Assembly: GCA_029855935.1 (NCBI GenBank)
Contig: JAGSHN010000009.1
Span: 1 to 59,153 of the forward strand
Origin: Candidatus Thorarchaeota archaeon
GTDB taxonomy: Archaea > Asgardarchaeota > Thorarchaeia > Thorarchaeales > Thorarchaeaceae
Length of the DNA stretch: 59,153 nucleotides
Reading direction: 5' to 3'
Shown: positions 20,839 to 31,214 of the stretch, piece by piece
Numbering within the stretch: the first letter of the stretch is position 1
How the letters are laid out: every line of letters starts with the position of its first letter
Made by a program: the position numbers and the translations under genes
Notes under the pieces: model-generated
What the model saw: only the letters and a program-made list of their open reading frames with translations
Told to the model about the DNA's origin: nothing
The model's database searches: none

Positions 20839-21344
20839 ATGGACGTACTACAGGCGATACGAGAGCGGAGGAGCATTCGCAAGTATCGGGACACCCCCGT
20901 TGAGGACGAGAAGATACACGCCATTCTCGAGGCGGGCCGATGGGCGCCATCGGCATCGAACAGGCAACCGTGGCACTTCATCGTCATCAGAAATGCAGAG
21001 ACCCGAAGGCGGCTGGCAGAGGTGCATCCCTATGGGAGGTTCATGGCGAGTCGCCCGTGGTCATAGTCGTCTTGGGCATACTGCCAAGGCACCAGAAGTA
21101 CCATCTCTGCGATCCCCACAACGCAGTCCAGAACATGCTTCTGGCTGCACACGCCCTCGGCCTCGGCACGTGCTGGGTCGGTGTGCGTGACACACCAATG
21201 GAGGACAAGTTCAGAGACATACTGGGCGTCCCCAGGGATCTCAGGGTGGTGTGCGCCTTTCCCGTGGGCCATCCTGCCGAGACTGCAAAGAGCTCGAGAG
21301 AGCCACTTGAGAAGATTGTGTCGTACGAGCGATATCGGGGATAG
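20839..21344 (+). pseudogene. Nitroreductase family gene with a frameshift
   Basis: RRSIRKY...WAPSASNRQPWHF in one frame, AVQNMLLAAHALGLGTCWVG in the next; one base missing near 21047 (ATG GC- GAG TCG CCC). Could be an assembly error. Confidence 0.8.
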
Positions 21345-21368
21345 TCTCTCTGGTGAGGTGCGCTCAGA

Positions 21369-22355
21369 TTGACGGTGACCATAGACGACGTCAGGGCTGC
21401 GGCCGAGAGGCAGAGAGGCGTCGCTCATCGGACACCGATAATGACCTCCCGCACGATTGACAGGATGACCGGGTGCAGGGTGCTCTTCAAGTGCGAGAAT
21501 CTGCAGCGCGTGGGCGCTTTCAAGTTCCGGGGCGCATACAATGCCGTCAGTCTTCTCAGCGAGGAGGAGCGGGCCCGCGGTGTGATCACGCACTCGTCGG
21601 GCAACCATGCGCAGGCCCTCGCCCTTGCAGCCTCTCTGCTCGGTGTGAGAGTGACCGTCGTGATGCCAGAGAACTCGACGCCCGCAAAGATAGCAGCCAC
21701 GCGAGAATACGGCGCAGAGGTCATCTTGTGCGAGCCCACTCTGGAGGCACGGGAGACCACGACCCGCAGGCTGATTGAGGAACACGGATACGTATTGATC
21801 CATCCATATGATGACGAACGGATTGTTGCCGGAGCGGGGACTGCCGCACTGGAGCTCATCGAGGACGCCGGACCGCTTGACATCATCATCTGCCCAGTCG
21901 GTGGCGGCGGCCTGCTCAGTGGTACCGCAATCGCGGCCAAGTCGCTGTTGCCTGATTGCACCGTCTTGGGGGCTGAACCGGTCAACGCCGACGATGCCTG
22001 TCGAAGTCTGAAGAGCGGGGAATGGGTACCAAGCGTCAATCCACAGACTCTGGCCGACGGCCTGCGCACCTCTCTCGGGTCAGTGAACTTTGAGATCATC
22101 AAGAGGAATGTAGACGACATAATCACTGTGCGCGAGACAGAGATAATCGAGGCTATGCAGTTGCTCTGGGAGCGGATGAAGCTGGTGGTGGAGCCATCAG
22201 GAGCAGTCCCGGTGGCTGCTCTCAGAACGGCAAGAAACGACCTTGAGGGTAAGCGGGTCGGCGTCATTCTGAGCGGCGGAAACGTAGATCTGAGTGACTT
22301 CTTTGGTCAGATGAAGGAACGTGCTAAGGAGCTCGACGAAATGGGTAGACAGTGA
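21369..22355 (+). CDS. PLP-dependent serine/threonine dehydratase or serine racemase-like enzyme
   Basis: KCENLQRVGAFKFRGA, SSGNHAQ, PVGGGGLLSG, VVEPSGA, ILSGGN. Confidence 0.93.
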   Translation: MTVTIDDVRAAAERQRGVAHRTPIMTSRTIDRMTGCRVLFKCENLQRVGAFKFRGAYNAVSLLSEEERARGVITHSSGNHAQALALAASLLGVRVTVVMPENSTPAKIAATREYGAEVILCEPTLEARETTTRRLIEEHGYVLIHPYDDERIVAGAGTAALELIEDAGPLDIIICPVGGGGLLSGTAIAAKSLLPDCTVLGAEPVNADDACRSLKSGEWVPSVNPQTLADGLRTSLGSVNFEIIKRNVDDIITVRETEIIEAMQLLWERMKLVVEPSGAVPVAALRTARNDLEGKRVGVILSGGNVDLSDFFGQMKERAKELDEMGRQ

Positions 22356-22561
22356 CGAGGCCTTCCAAAGGATGGCCGGTGGTCCCAAAAGCCGAGCCTG
22401 TTGACGATGTTCACATACAACGGAGTCGATTGGGGCCGGGAGATAGTCAGCAACCGCACTCCGTGATACGCTCGCGCAGGTCACCAAGGACGTAATGGGA
22501 TCCTTCAGGTCACGGGTTAGTTGTTGCAAGGACTGAGCCGGTCTAGGCAGTCAGCTTCGGG

Positions 22562-23011
22562 ATGAAGGGCTTAAGAGCCACCAAGGGAATAACAGTCTGC
22601 AAACATCTTGCTGCGGAAGACCATAGATATTACGTCTGGATAGGGTTCTTCTTGCTGATGGAAGTGATGCCTGGCTCTTTCATATGGGCGACGACCATGA
22701 TGCTCTTCCACGGCAACGTTCCCCTGTACGCTTTCCTGATGGTTGTTTCTTGGGCTCTGCCATTTGTCTACGTGGCAGGTAGTAGGTGGGTCTTCGATGT
22801 GGGGGACTGGAGAGGCTTTGAGGTCTTGAGATGGGCCTTGGTCGGCATTCTGATCTTTGCCCTAGTGAGAATCGACCTTTTCTCGACAATTCTGTCTGTA
22901 ATCGGATTGGTTATTGCTCATATGCCAGCGGTCAGGGAATATGTCGCCGAGGCCAAGAGACTTAGGAGACTTGTCGACCAGGCAGAACGAGAAGATACCG
23001 TGCAGGCGTGA
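22562..23011 (+). CDS. Hypothetical membrane protein
   Basis: 149 aa, about four TM segments. Confidence 0.6.
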   Translation: MKGLRATKGITVCKHLAAEDHRYYVWIGFFLLMEVMPGSFIWATTMMLFHGNVPLYAFLMVVSWALPFVYVAGSRWVFDVGDWRGFEVLRWALVGILIFALVRIDLFSTILSVIGLVIAHMPAVREYVAEAKRLRRLVDQAEREDTVQA

Positions 23012-23382
23012 CGGACTCTCGCCTCTGTTGGCCCTCTCTTGGCCTGCAGCGCGACACTGATCTTGACCGCACCAAGCGGACAGTGTAGGAGCACCTAGCA
23101 CAAAGCCAGACACTCTGAGGATGCTCTGCCTACCAACATAGGCCCGGGAACAGACTGGCCTTGCACATAGAGTGAAGTCGGACGGCGCGACTATTGCTGA
23201 GAGACCGGCTACGTCAACCAAGGTCGTAGGCACTCTTGACAGCCGATGCTCAAGGCCTCTGTCCAGCCCGGCCAACCCGGGTTTTGCCCCCGAATATGCG
23301 TCGGTGCAACTCCACCAGTCCGTCTTCAAGCTGAGCCAGACACTCGTGTAGACAGAGACCCGTCCAATGCCTGGCGTCGGGA

Positions 23383-23763
23383 TCACAGAAATATCGTCAA
23401 CATCGAGAGGAGTCCCAACGCAACAAGCAGAATGGCGCACCGACACAATGGCGGCTTCGGGGCCTCTTGCTCTGTACCGGGCTCAGGAGGCGGAGAGGTC
23501 GATGGAGGAGGTTCGTCACGTACAATTGGCGCAAGCCCGAAGAATGAGTCAGGCTTCGCCTTTTTGGTCGGCCTTGTCTTGCCACTTGAAGTATCGGGTG
23601 CAGCACTCGGCGTCTCTGAGTCTGGACCTGTTGGAGATGGCACGGTGCTCTCAGGTTCGTGGCCCAACCGAAATGCCCCGGCGGGAATGCTCAGGCGACC
23701 ACAGCTCGGGCATACTCTCTCCCCGTCAGGAATCTCGGCTCCACAATTCTTGCATCTTCGCAT
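23383..23763 (-). CDS. Zinc-ribbon protein with Pro-rich linker and C-terminal hydrophobic helix (possibly truncated)
   Basis: CKNCG...CPSCG at the N-terminus; ends directly after a TM-like segment. Confidence 0.7.
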   Translation of the reverse strand: MRRCKNCGAEIPDGERVCPSCGRLSIPAGAFRLGHEPESTVPSPTGPDSETPSAAPDTSSGKTRPTKKAKPDSFFGLAPIVRDEPPPSTSPPPEPGTEQEAPKPPLCRCAILLVALGLLSMLTIFL

Positions 23764-23972
23764 AGGGTGAGTTCCTCCCGTAGGCATGCCCCCGCTTTCA
23801 ATTAACTATTCCGAGTCATTCATCGCAGGCCGGATGGAGTGGAAGTCCGGCCAGTGTCCTACCGGGGCGCTGCGTATGGCAGACATCAGCATTTCCTCTG
23901 CCAGGCTCGTCCACAGATGCCGCCTACGCTGTTCGGAGCGTATATAGTAGGAAACTCTCATAGAACCGGCGG

Positions 23973-25508
23973 GTGTGCGTGTCATTGGTCCTGATACGGA
24001 GATGCCATCACACCATTCGCTCTCCCCTACACATCACCGCTCTGATGGTGTGTCTGGTGGGAGTCCTGACCAGCGGCGTTCTGTGGCTTCCTCTCTCGGT
24101 GAGCACAGACGCTGATGCTGTTGCGAGTTCCCACCCGGAGTGCTCTACACTCCCGAAGTCGTCGGCTCCGTCGACCTACCTCTCGCACGGTCCTATCGTC
24201 ATCACGTCAGACGAGGACTTTGAATCTGCGGGATGGCCGGGCAGTGGCACAGAGTCCGACCCCTATGTGATTGGGGCGTTGAACATCACCACAGACGGGG
24301 ATTGCATTGTCATATCGGACACGAGAGCCTACTTCGTCATTCGCGACTGTCTGCTCACGGGTGGATCTTCGGGGGATGGCGTCCGCTTCGAGAATGTGAC
24401 ACACGGAACGGTCTATAGATGCCAGATATGGGGGAAGGCCAAAGGTGTGACTCTACGAAACTCACGGAACAACACTCTGGTGAACAACATAGTCTCGCAT
24501 AGTTCGTGGAATGGCATATGTCTGCGGTCGTCCTCCGACAACAGGCTGGCGAACAATACGCTCTTGTCCAACTACTGGTACGGCATAGAGCTGTATTCCT
24601 CCTCAGACCGCAATAGTCTGTTCAACAACTCGGTCTGTTACAGCGGCATTCACGGCGTGGAGTTGTCGTCCTCATGCTCGAACAACAGTATCGTGGAGAA
24701 CGTCATCTCGCACAACGATGCATGCGGTGTGGAGCTGTCCTCTTCGTCGAACAACAGTGTCGTGAACAATGAGATCTCCGAGAACGGCGGCCACGGTGTG
24801 TCGCTGTCACTCGCGTCCAACAATACCGTGGTGGACAACACGATCCGCAGCAATGGCGGCTATGGGGTCTTCCTAGGCGCCTCCTCTCACGTGGAGGTGA
24901 TCAACAACACAGTCTCCTACAGCAGTCGCGATGGTGTGAGACTGGTGGTCTCATCAGACAACACTCTCGTGAACAATACCATCCTCCTCAATCATGATCG
25001 CGGCATCCGTCTTGATGGGTCGTCGGAGAATCTGCTCTACCTCAACATTCTCGCCTGGAATGGGCTGAACGCGGAGGACAACGGAACAGGCAATCACTGG
25101 AACATCACAGGACTGGGAAACTACTGGTCAGATTACAACGGAACGGGCGTGTACGTTATCCCCGGCTCGGCCGGCTCGGTGGACTATTTCCCCAAGGTGT
25201 GGCCGACAACGGTCACGACTACTGCCACCTATCCCCCGACGGGCGGAAGCACACCCACAGAGACGACTGGCGAGCCGTCTATCGGCACAACGACTCCTGA
25301 GAGGTCTCCTCTGAGGGACGTGCTCGTCATTATGTACGTCGGCGTAATCCTTGGCAGCATTGTCGGTGTCCTGGTCGTGAGGGCCAGAAGGCGCAGTCGG
25401 CGCTCTCAGGAGAGAACCGGCGTGCGGTACCTCAATGACCGTGATGAGAACTACGCGGTCGGCAGTTCCCAGACCTCTACGGTCTTCTGGGTCCCCGCGA
25501 ATACGTAG
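23973..25508 (+). CDS. Beta-helix (NosD/PbH1) surface protein, about 8 rungs, no Ig stalk
   Basis: GWPGSGTESDPY N-cap, YLNILAWNG...GNYWSDYNGTGVY C-cap, Thr-rich linker, TM-RARRRSRR. Confidence 0.88.
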   Translation: MCVSLVLIRRCHHTIRSPLHITALMVCLVGVLTSGVLWLPLSVSTDADAVASSHPECSTLPKSSAPSTYLSHGPIVITSDEDFESAGWPGSGTESDPYVIGALNITTDGDCIVISDTRAYFVIRDCLLTGGSSGDGVRFENVTHGTVYRCQIWGKAKGVTLRNSRNNTLVNNIVSHSSWNGICLRSSSDNRLANNTLLSNYWYGIELYSSSDRNSLFNNSVCYSGIHGVELSSSCSNNSIVENVISHNDACGVELSSSSNNSVVNNEISENGGHGVSLSLASNNTVVDNTIRSNGGYGVFLGASSHVEVINNTVSYSSRDGVRLVVSSDNTLVNNTILLNHDRGIRLDGSSENLLYLNILAWNGLNAEDNGTGNHWNITGLGNYWSDYNGTGVYVIPGSAGSVDYFPKVWPTTVTTTATYPPTGGSTPTETTGEPSIGTTTPERSPLRDVLVIMYVGVILGSIVGVLVVRARRRSRRSQERTGVRYLNDRDENYAVGSSQTSTVFWVPANT

Positions 25509-26308
25509 GGACGATGAATCGCGACCGAGTAGTAGTTCAGGGATCCTGTGCCGAGCCTGGCCAGACATCGGCCTGATTTGAGGTCCCAGACCCTCAGTGA
25601 TTTATCCACCGAGGCCGACACCATTACTTTTCCGTCCGTGGCCATATCGGTGACAAAGGAGTCGTGTCCCTGTAGCTCACCCACCTTTTGCCAGGCCCTC
25701 TTCGCATAGGCGTATATCGGTCCGTCGAGCCACCCAACGTACAGGTACCTGTCGCTGGTAGCCACACCGAATGCGCCCTCCTTGGGTCCCGTTATGTCGG
25801 CGACCTTTTTCCAACTGGTCATGTCCCAGATCATCACTCCATCCATCGCCGACGTGCAGTAGAGGAACTTGTCATCAACGAAGAGTCCCTCGACACCTCT
25901 CTTGATTGGAAACGTATCGGCCAACTCCTCAAGCTCATAGGGCCAGATTCTGATCAGACCCTCCTTCTCCGGTGGCTGTTCAGCGGCGTACAGCAGGACC
26001 CCACCGACGGCCACCTTGAAGATAGTCGCGTTGCCCTTCGCCTTCGCATATAGGTTCCAAGAGTCCTTCTCCCATATGTAGACGTGATACCCGCTCGCTG
26101 AGTAGACGCGCCCGTGTCCAAGTGCCACATCACAGGTGAAATGCTCGCCCTTGGGCTTCAGCTCTGTCACCAGCTCCCACGTATCCTGTCTCCAGACGTG
26201 CACAACGCCCTTGTCCGCCCCGGCATAGACGTATCTCTCGTCTGCGGCGACACAGGGAAACTTGCTCTCCACATCAAAGACGTGGAGTGGTGTCTTTACC
26301 TCTCTCAA
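25451..26308 (-). CDS. WD40-like beta-propeller protein
   Basis: About 40-aa repeats ending VW/IW; canonical LQGHDSFVTDMATDGKVMVSASVDKSLRVWD. Confidence 0.85.
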   Translation of the reverse strand: MREVKTPLHVFDVESKFPCVAADERYVYAGADKGVVHVWRQDTWELVTELKPKGEHFTCDVALGHGRVYSASGYHVYIWEKDSWNLYAKAKGNATIFKVAVGGVLLYAAEQPPEKEGLIRIWPYELEELADTFPIKRGVEGLFVDDKFLYCTSAMDGVMIWDMTSWKKVADITGPKEGAFGVATSDRYLYVGWLDGPIYAYAKRAWQKVGELQGHDSFVTDMATDGKVMVSASVDKSLRVWDLKSGRCLARLGTGSLNYYSVAIHRPYVFAGTQKTVEVWELPTA

Positions 26309-26466
26309 GACAAAAACCCCAATGAGTTATGCTGAGCATGAGTCCCTGCGTGGCAATAAGTCTCACGAGCAAAGTTCTGCCTATGCCGCAGAGGTTCGGG
26401 GAGCAACGGGTGGGGGCCAGAATGGGCTCACTGGTCGGAGCCGACAGGGGAACTGCTGCTCATACT

Positions 26467-26991
26467 CTATGGGCATCGTACCTTATCGAGCTCAGTCCGA
26501 CAGACCTCGCGATTGTTGGGGTCGCTCACGTCGTCCAACGCCTTTCTCGCGAGGGCCACATACGCCTGACACTCCTCCGCCCGCCCCAGCGCTGAGTACG
26601 CTCGTGCCAATGCCTCGTATGCGAACACAATGTCAAAGTCGGCAAAGGCTACTGGCTCCCTGCACATAAGGCTCTTGTCAGCACGCACGATGGCGATCTC
26701 GCTCTTTGACTGAATCAGGTCCAGGCATCTCTCGGCGTGATTGAGGGCGAGGTCGCCCTGTCCCATTGCACTGTAGACCCTTGAGATCATATACTCGGCG
26801 CGAGCGATGTTCACAACCGTTCCGGCCTCTTCCCAGTGATAGCGAGACGTGAAGGCCCAGCCAAGCGCCCTGTCAAGGTCTTCCAACTCGGGCGCCGCCC
26901 CATCCAGAACTGTCCATACGGCCTCGTTCGTTTCGATGGCTATTCGCTTGTGAAACTCCTTGGACGGTGTCCCTTCTCCCAACTCTATCAC
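26467..26991 (-). CDS. Conserved helical (TPR-like) hypothetical protein
   Basis: SRYHW...G...N.ARAEY.ISRVY...AL.HA.RCL and FAYEALARA, recognised as a widespread uncharacterised family. Confidence 0.7.
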   Translation of the reverse strand: MIELGEGTPSKEFHKRIAIETNEAVWTVLDGAAPELEDLDRALGWAFTSRYHWEEAGTVVNIARAEYMISRVYSAMGQGDLALNHAERCLDLIQSKSEIAIVRADKSLMCREPVAFADFDIVFAYEALARAYSALGRAEECQAYVALARKALDDVSDPNNREVCRTELDKVRCP

Positions 26992-27436
26992 CTCACCCTC
27001 GCATTCGTTCCGTATAAGAGTATGCGATGGAGCGACGGCTCAGAGGCCGAAGAGGGCGCAGAAATGACGCAGTAGCCTCAAGTCTACTTCTAGTCCGATT
27101 CAAACACATAGTGGGGGTTATACAGATGGCGATGCTCGATTGTCTCATTGCGATGTTTGATAGCATTCTCCTGAGCCGAGTCTGGCCTGTTCTCATCAAG
27201 CCACTACTTCAGGTCCTACTTGCCGGAGTATTCCGTGAGCTACCCGCGTCGTGGCTGCCCGGCCGCCGAGACTTACCTCACTCCCGACTCGCTGCCTCAG
27301 TATCTGGTCCACAGCTGGCTGCATTTGAGACCTTTCAGTGAAATCATTTATTAGAATCCACTGCTCACCCTTGAAGGAATCAAGAGGGACCTAGTTCGGT
27401 CCTGACAGCATGCCAAATCAAAAGGAGGATTAGTTA

Positions 27437-30400
27437 GTGTCTGTTGACTTGAGGAGAAGTGCAGCCGTGCTTCTCATTCTGATTATCGTAGCCTCGACTG
27501 TTCCGGTTCTGCTGACCCCGGGTCTGATTCGGGCGGATGACCGCTCCGAACCTGCTGACCTCAACCCAATGAGAATCGGCGCGAGGCTTGCGCAGTACAC
27601 ACCACATGTGCCTGTGTGGATAGACGGGACTGATGATTTCCAGTCCCAAGGCTGGCCCGGCTCGGGCACATCTGATGACCCGTATGTCATCTCTGGGCTA
27701 AACATCACATACGATATCGACGAGCCATTGATTCGCATATGGAACACAGATGCCTACTTCATAGTGACAGACTGTGTTGTCAATCAGATCAGCAGTGGTG
27801 TTATGGCCGTCTACCTTGAGAACGTGACTCACGGTACACTCGACCACCTGACGGTCAACTCGCCCGATGTGGGAATATACCTGGTACGCGCGAACTACAC
27901 CAGTGTGCAATACACCGAGGTCACCGCTCAGAACGACTATGCTTTGCATGTCTGGTCATCACCACACACGGTTTTCAGATTCCTGAATCTGACGGCGCAG
28001 AGCTATCGCGCGGTCTTGCTATACGACTCTGACTGGTGCAGATTTGAGGACGTTATCTCGACCTCGCACTCGTCGTGGAACGGGTACTATCTTGCGTACT
28101 CTTCTCACGTCGCCTTCGAACGTGTCTCTCACACGTCATCATCCGCTTTTGTCTACGCCCTCAACTCAGCGATGGTTCAGATTCAGCACTGTGAGATATC
28201 AGGCTCCAGCTATGGGCTGTATCTCGAATCATCCCCGAACGCCACGGTTCAGGACTCGACTTTTCGTGTCAGTTCACACGGAATATTCGCCTCTGGCAGC
28301 TCTGAGAACGTCACCGTGCGGTCATCGGAGTTCTATGACGGCGATACTATGCTGTCGGCATCGGGCTCCACGGACAACGTACTGATTGACAATGTTCTCG
28401 TGGACTCGTTCCTTGCGGGAGTTTCCATACCAGTGTCGTACCATGCAATCGTCACCAACTCCGAATTCCGTGAATTGACCAAGGGACCAGTTCTGTCCGT
28501 ATCTCAGGGCGGGGACATCACGTTTGCTCAGAATGTGGTCGTCAATGGTAATGTTGGCACTGCTGTCGACTTGGCCGACTGCTCTGGTGTCACGGTCAGC
28601 GGCAACACCTTCGCAAACTTTGATGGGACCGCATTGTCTGCAACGAACGTCAACTACACAACCGTCGAGGGCAACTCCATTTCGAACGTGAAGACCGCCA
28701 CCGATGCCGCACAGTGCAACAACTGGACGATTGTATCGAACACCGTAGAGACTGTGACCAACTCGATTCAGTTCTATCAGGGCTCCAATGTGACGATAGC
28801 CTCCAACAATGTGACCGATGTGATCAACGAGGGAATCTACGTTGATGATGTCGCCGGGGACGTGATTGTGAGAGATAACAGCGCCCGCGAATGTAGTGGT
28901 ACGGGGGTCAATGTTGGGAGCGTCAATGGTAGAGTCTTGGCTGAGTACAACGGAGTCTGGGACTCAGCCGGTGGACTGTACTTCTATGCGATAGACAACC
29001 TCACCGTACGGTACAACTTTGTCAGCCAACCCATGTATGACGGAATCTCGATTGATCAGAGCCCCAACTCATTTGTCTTCAACAACACGGTATCTATGGC
29101 TGGGAGAGCTGGCATCTGGGTGTCGCACTCTGCTGGAACAAACTTCACTAGCAACTGGCTCTACCGATGCGGCTTCTACTTTGTGCACGATCAGGCTCTT
29201 GACGAGTATCGAGTGAGTATGACTGGCAACATTGTCAATGGCCTCCCCGTGTTCTACAAAGTCGACGAGATGGGCTATGCACTCCACGCCTGGAACTACG
29301 GCCAAGCGATTCTCATCAACTGCACGTATGTGGACGTCAACGGTGGAAGATGGCTCCGTCCGTCGGTCGGAGTGGCCGCATACTACTCAGACTGGATAAC
29401 GGTCCATAACTTCTCCATCGGCGAGGCATACTGGGGAATCATCACCGTGCGGAGTGCAAACATCACCATAGAGGATGGCTCTATCACAGCACTGTCCAAC
29501 GGCTACGGCCTGCTCATTCGTCACACTGATGACGTGACCCTGTCTGACCTTGAGATATCTGACATCGGGAACAACGGCTACGCGATCTACGCCGAGGTGG
29601 GAGATCGCTACACCATGGAGCAGCTGACTATCCTACACGCGGAGCGAATGTATTTCCGCCAGATAGACTATGCGACCCTCTCTGATTCGCAGATCTATCA
29701 GATGTCCTCCAACGCCCTCTTTGCATTCCAGTCCAACCACTGGCTGGTCAACGGGTGCTATTTCTCGGAGGCCCAGTATGGGATCTATCTCAGCTCCAGT
29801 TCCAGCTGGAACATCACCGGCTCAAACTTCTACTACATGAATCTCGACGGAGTCTCTACCTCCGGGAGCGTTAGCAACATCAGAATCACGGAGTGCTACT
29901 TCGAGGGATCAAGGATTGGTGTGAACGGAAACTCGGGTAGTGGCTGGGTGATAGTGAACAACACGTTCAGTTGGCACACTCAATACGGCGTCAGACTGGC
30001 TCTTGTCACTTCGCCCACTGTCTACCGCAACGTGTTTGTAGGAAACCACATGTTCAACGCATACGACACAGGCTCTAACTTCTGGGACGACGGCGTGAGC
30101 GTTGGCAACTGGTGGGATGACTATGCCGGTCCGGGCTACTACTACATCCCGGGAGGCTTCTCGGTCGACCGATATCCGTCTACCTACTTGCCGACCACAC
30201 CGATTCTCAGTAGTCCCCCAGACGTGAGCTACGCTGAGGGCACCGAGGAGTACGTCGTGACATGGTACGCATACGACGATCTTCTGTCAGGCTGGAATGC
30301 GACTCTTGACGGAGCGCCCTATGCGTCGGGCGTTTGGAACTTCGCGGACATAGAGGTCGATGTTGGAGGGCTTGCCTATGGCGTCCACCAGTTGGTACTC

Positions 30401-31171
30401 ACGGTCTATGATGTCGATCACAACACTGTGACCGACGTGCTGCTCATCAACGTCTACGACAATACGGCACCCGTGCTCGACGGTCCTGACTATGTGACCA
30501 GATTCGTAGGAGCCCCTGGGCAGGAGATCACCTGGGAGGCTACTGACCTCCACCCGGCAAACTATACCATCTACGAGGGTGACTCCACAATTGCAGAGGG
30601 TCTCTGGACTGGTGATACAGTCACGTATTCTGCGTCAGTGCTGTCGGAGGGTGACCATACACTCAGAATCGTCGTACGCGACATCGACCTCAACGTGGCA
30701 ACAATGACGACGAACGTGAGGATGCTTGTCGACAACACTGCCCCAACGGTCGACAGTCCTCCTGATGTGACCATCTACCAGGGCACGGCTGGCGCAGCGG
30801 TGGTGTGGACGGCGTCTGACGACCACCCGTCGAGATACGTGATTCAGCTGAATGGCACGGAGTACGACTCCGGGCCGTGGTCCGGTGGTCTGATCGTGTT
30901 GCCACTCGAGAACCTCTCGGTCGGACACTACGAGTTCACGATCTCTGTCTACGACGGTGCCGAGAACAGTGCTTCCGACACCGTTGTTGTGACTGTGACC
31001 TCACCACCGTGGCCGGGCCTCGTCGGGCCAACCACTACCACTGGTCCAACAACAACCCCACCTGGGCTAGGTGTGGACCCGATGTTGCTGATGCTTGCTG
31101 GCGGCAGCATCATTGGCGTCATCGTGGTGATCGCCGCGGTCAGGTACATCCGTAAAAGGAGGGCAGCGTAG
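27437..31171 (+). CDS. Large beta-helix surface protein with three Ig-like stalk domains and TM anchor
   Basis: 1244 aa; GWPGSGTSDDPY cap, divergent PbH1 rungs, GNWWDDY cap, TM-RKRRAA; AGGAGG RBS. Confidence 0.9.
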   Translation: MSVDLRRSAAVLLILIIVASTVPVLLTPGLIRADDRSEPADLNPMRIGARLAQYTPHVPVWIDGTDDFQSQGWPGSGTSDDPYVISGLNITYDIDEPLIRIWNTDAYFIVTDCVVNQISSGVMAVYLENVTHGTLDHLTVNSPDVGIYLVRANYTSVQYTEVTAQNDYALHVWSSPHTVFRFLNLTAQSYRAVLLYDSDWCRFEDVISTSHSSWNGYYLAYSSHVAFERVSHTSSSAFVYALNSAMVQIQHCEISGSSYGLYLESSPNATVQDSTFRVSSHGIFASGSSENVTVRSSEFYDGDTMLSASGSTDNVLIDNVLVDSFLAGVSIPVSYHAIVTNSEFRELTKGPVLSVSQGGDITFAQNVVVNGNVGTAVDLADCSGVTVSGNTFANFDGTALSATNVNYTTVEGNSISNVKTATDAAQCNNWTIVSNTVETVTNSIQFYQGSNVTIASNNVTDVINEGIYVDDVAGDVIVRDNSARECSGTGVNVGSVNGRVLAEYNGVWDSAGGLYFYAIDNLTVRYNFVSQPMYDGISIDQSPNSFVFNNTVSMAGRAGIWVSHSAGTNFTSNWLYRCGFYFVHDQALDEYRVSMTGNIVNGLPVFYKVDEMGYALHAWNYGQAILINCTYVDVNGGRWLRPSVGVAAYYSDWITVHNFSIGEAYWGIITVRSANITIEDGSITALSNGYGLLIRHTDDVTLSDLEISDIGNNGYAIYAEVGDRYTMEQLTILHAERMYFRQIDYATLSDSQIYQMSSNALFAFQSNHWLVNGCYFSEAQYGIYLSSSSSWNITGSNFYYMNLDGVSTSGSVSNIRITECYFEGSRIGVNGNSGSGWVIVNNTFSWHTQYGVRLALVTSPTVYRNVFVGNHMFNAYDTGSNFWDDGVSVGNWWDDYAGPGYYYIPGGFSVDRYPSTYLPTTPILSSPPDVSYAEGTEEYVVTWYAYDDLLSGWNATLDGAPYASGVWNFADIEVDVGGLAYGVHQLVLTVYDVDHNTVTDVLLINVYDNTAPVLDGPDYVTRFVGAPGQEITWEATDLHPANYTIYEGDSTIAEGLWTGDTVTYSASVLSEGDHTLRIVVRDIDLNVATMTTNVRMLVDNTAPTVDSPPDVTIYQGTAGAAVVWTASDDHPSRYVIQLNGTEYDSGPWSGGLIVLPLENLSVGHYEFTISVYDGAENSASDTVVVTVTSPPWPGLVGPTTTTGPTTTPPGLGVDPMLLMLAGGSIIGVIVVIAAVRYIRKRRAA

Positions 31172-31214
31172 TGTGCGCCTTGTACCGAGGAATTGACAGA
31201 CGAGGTGAGTAGAT

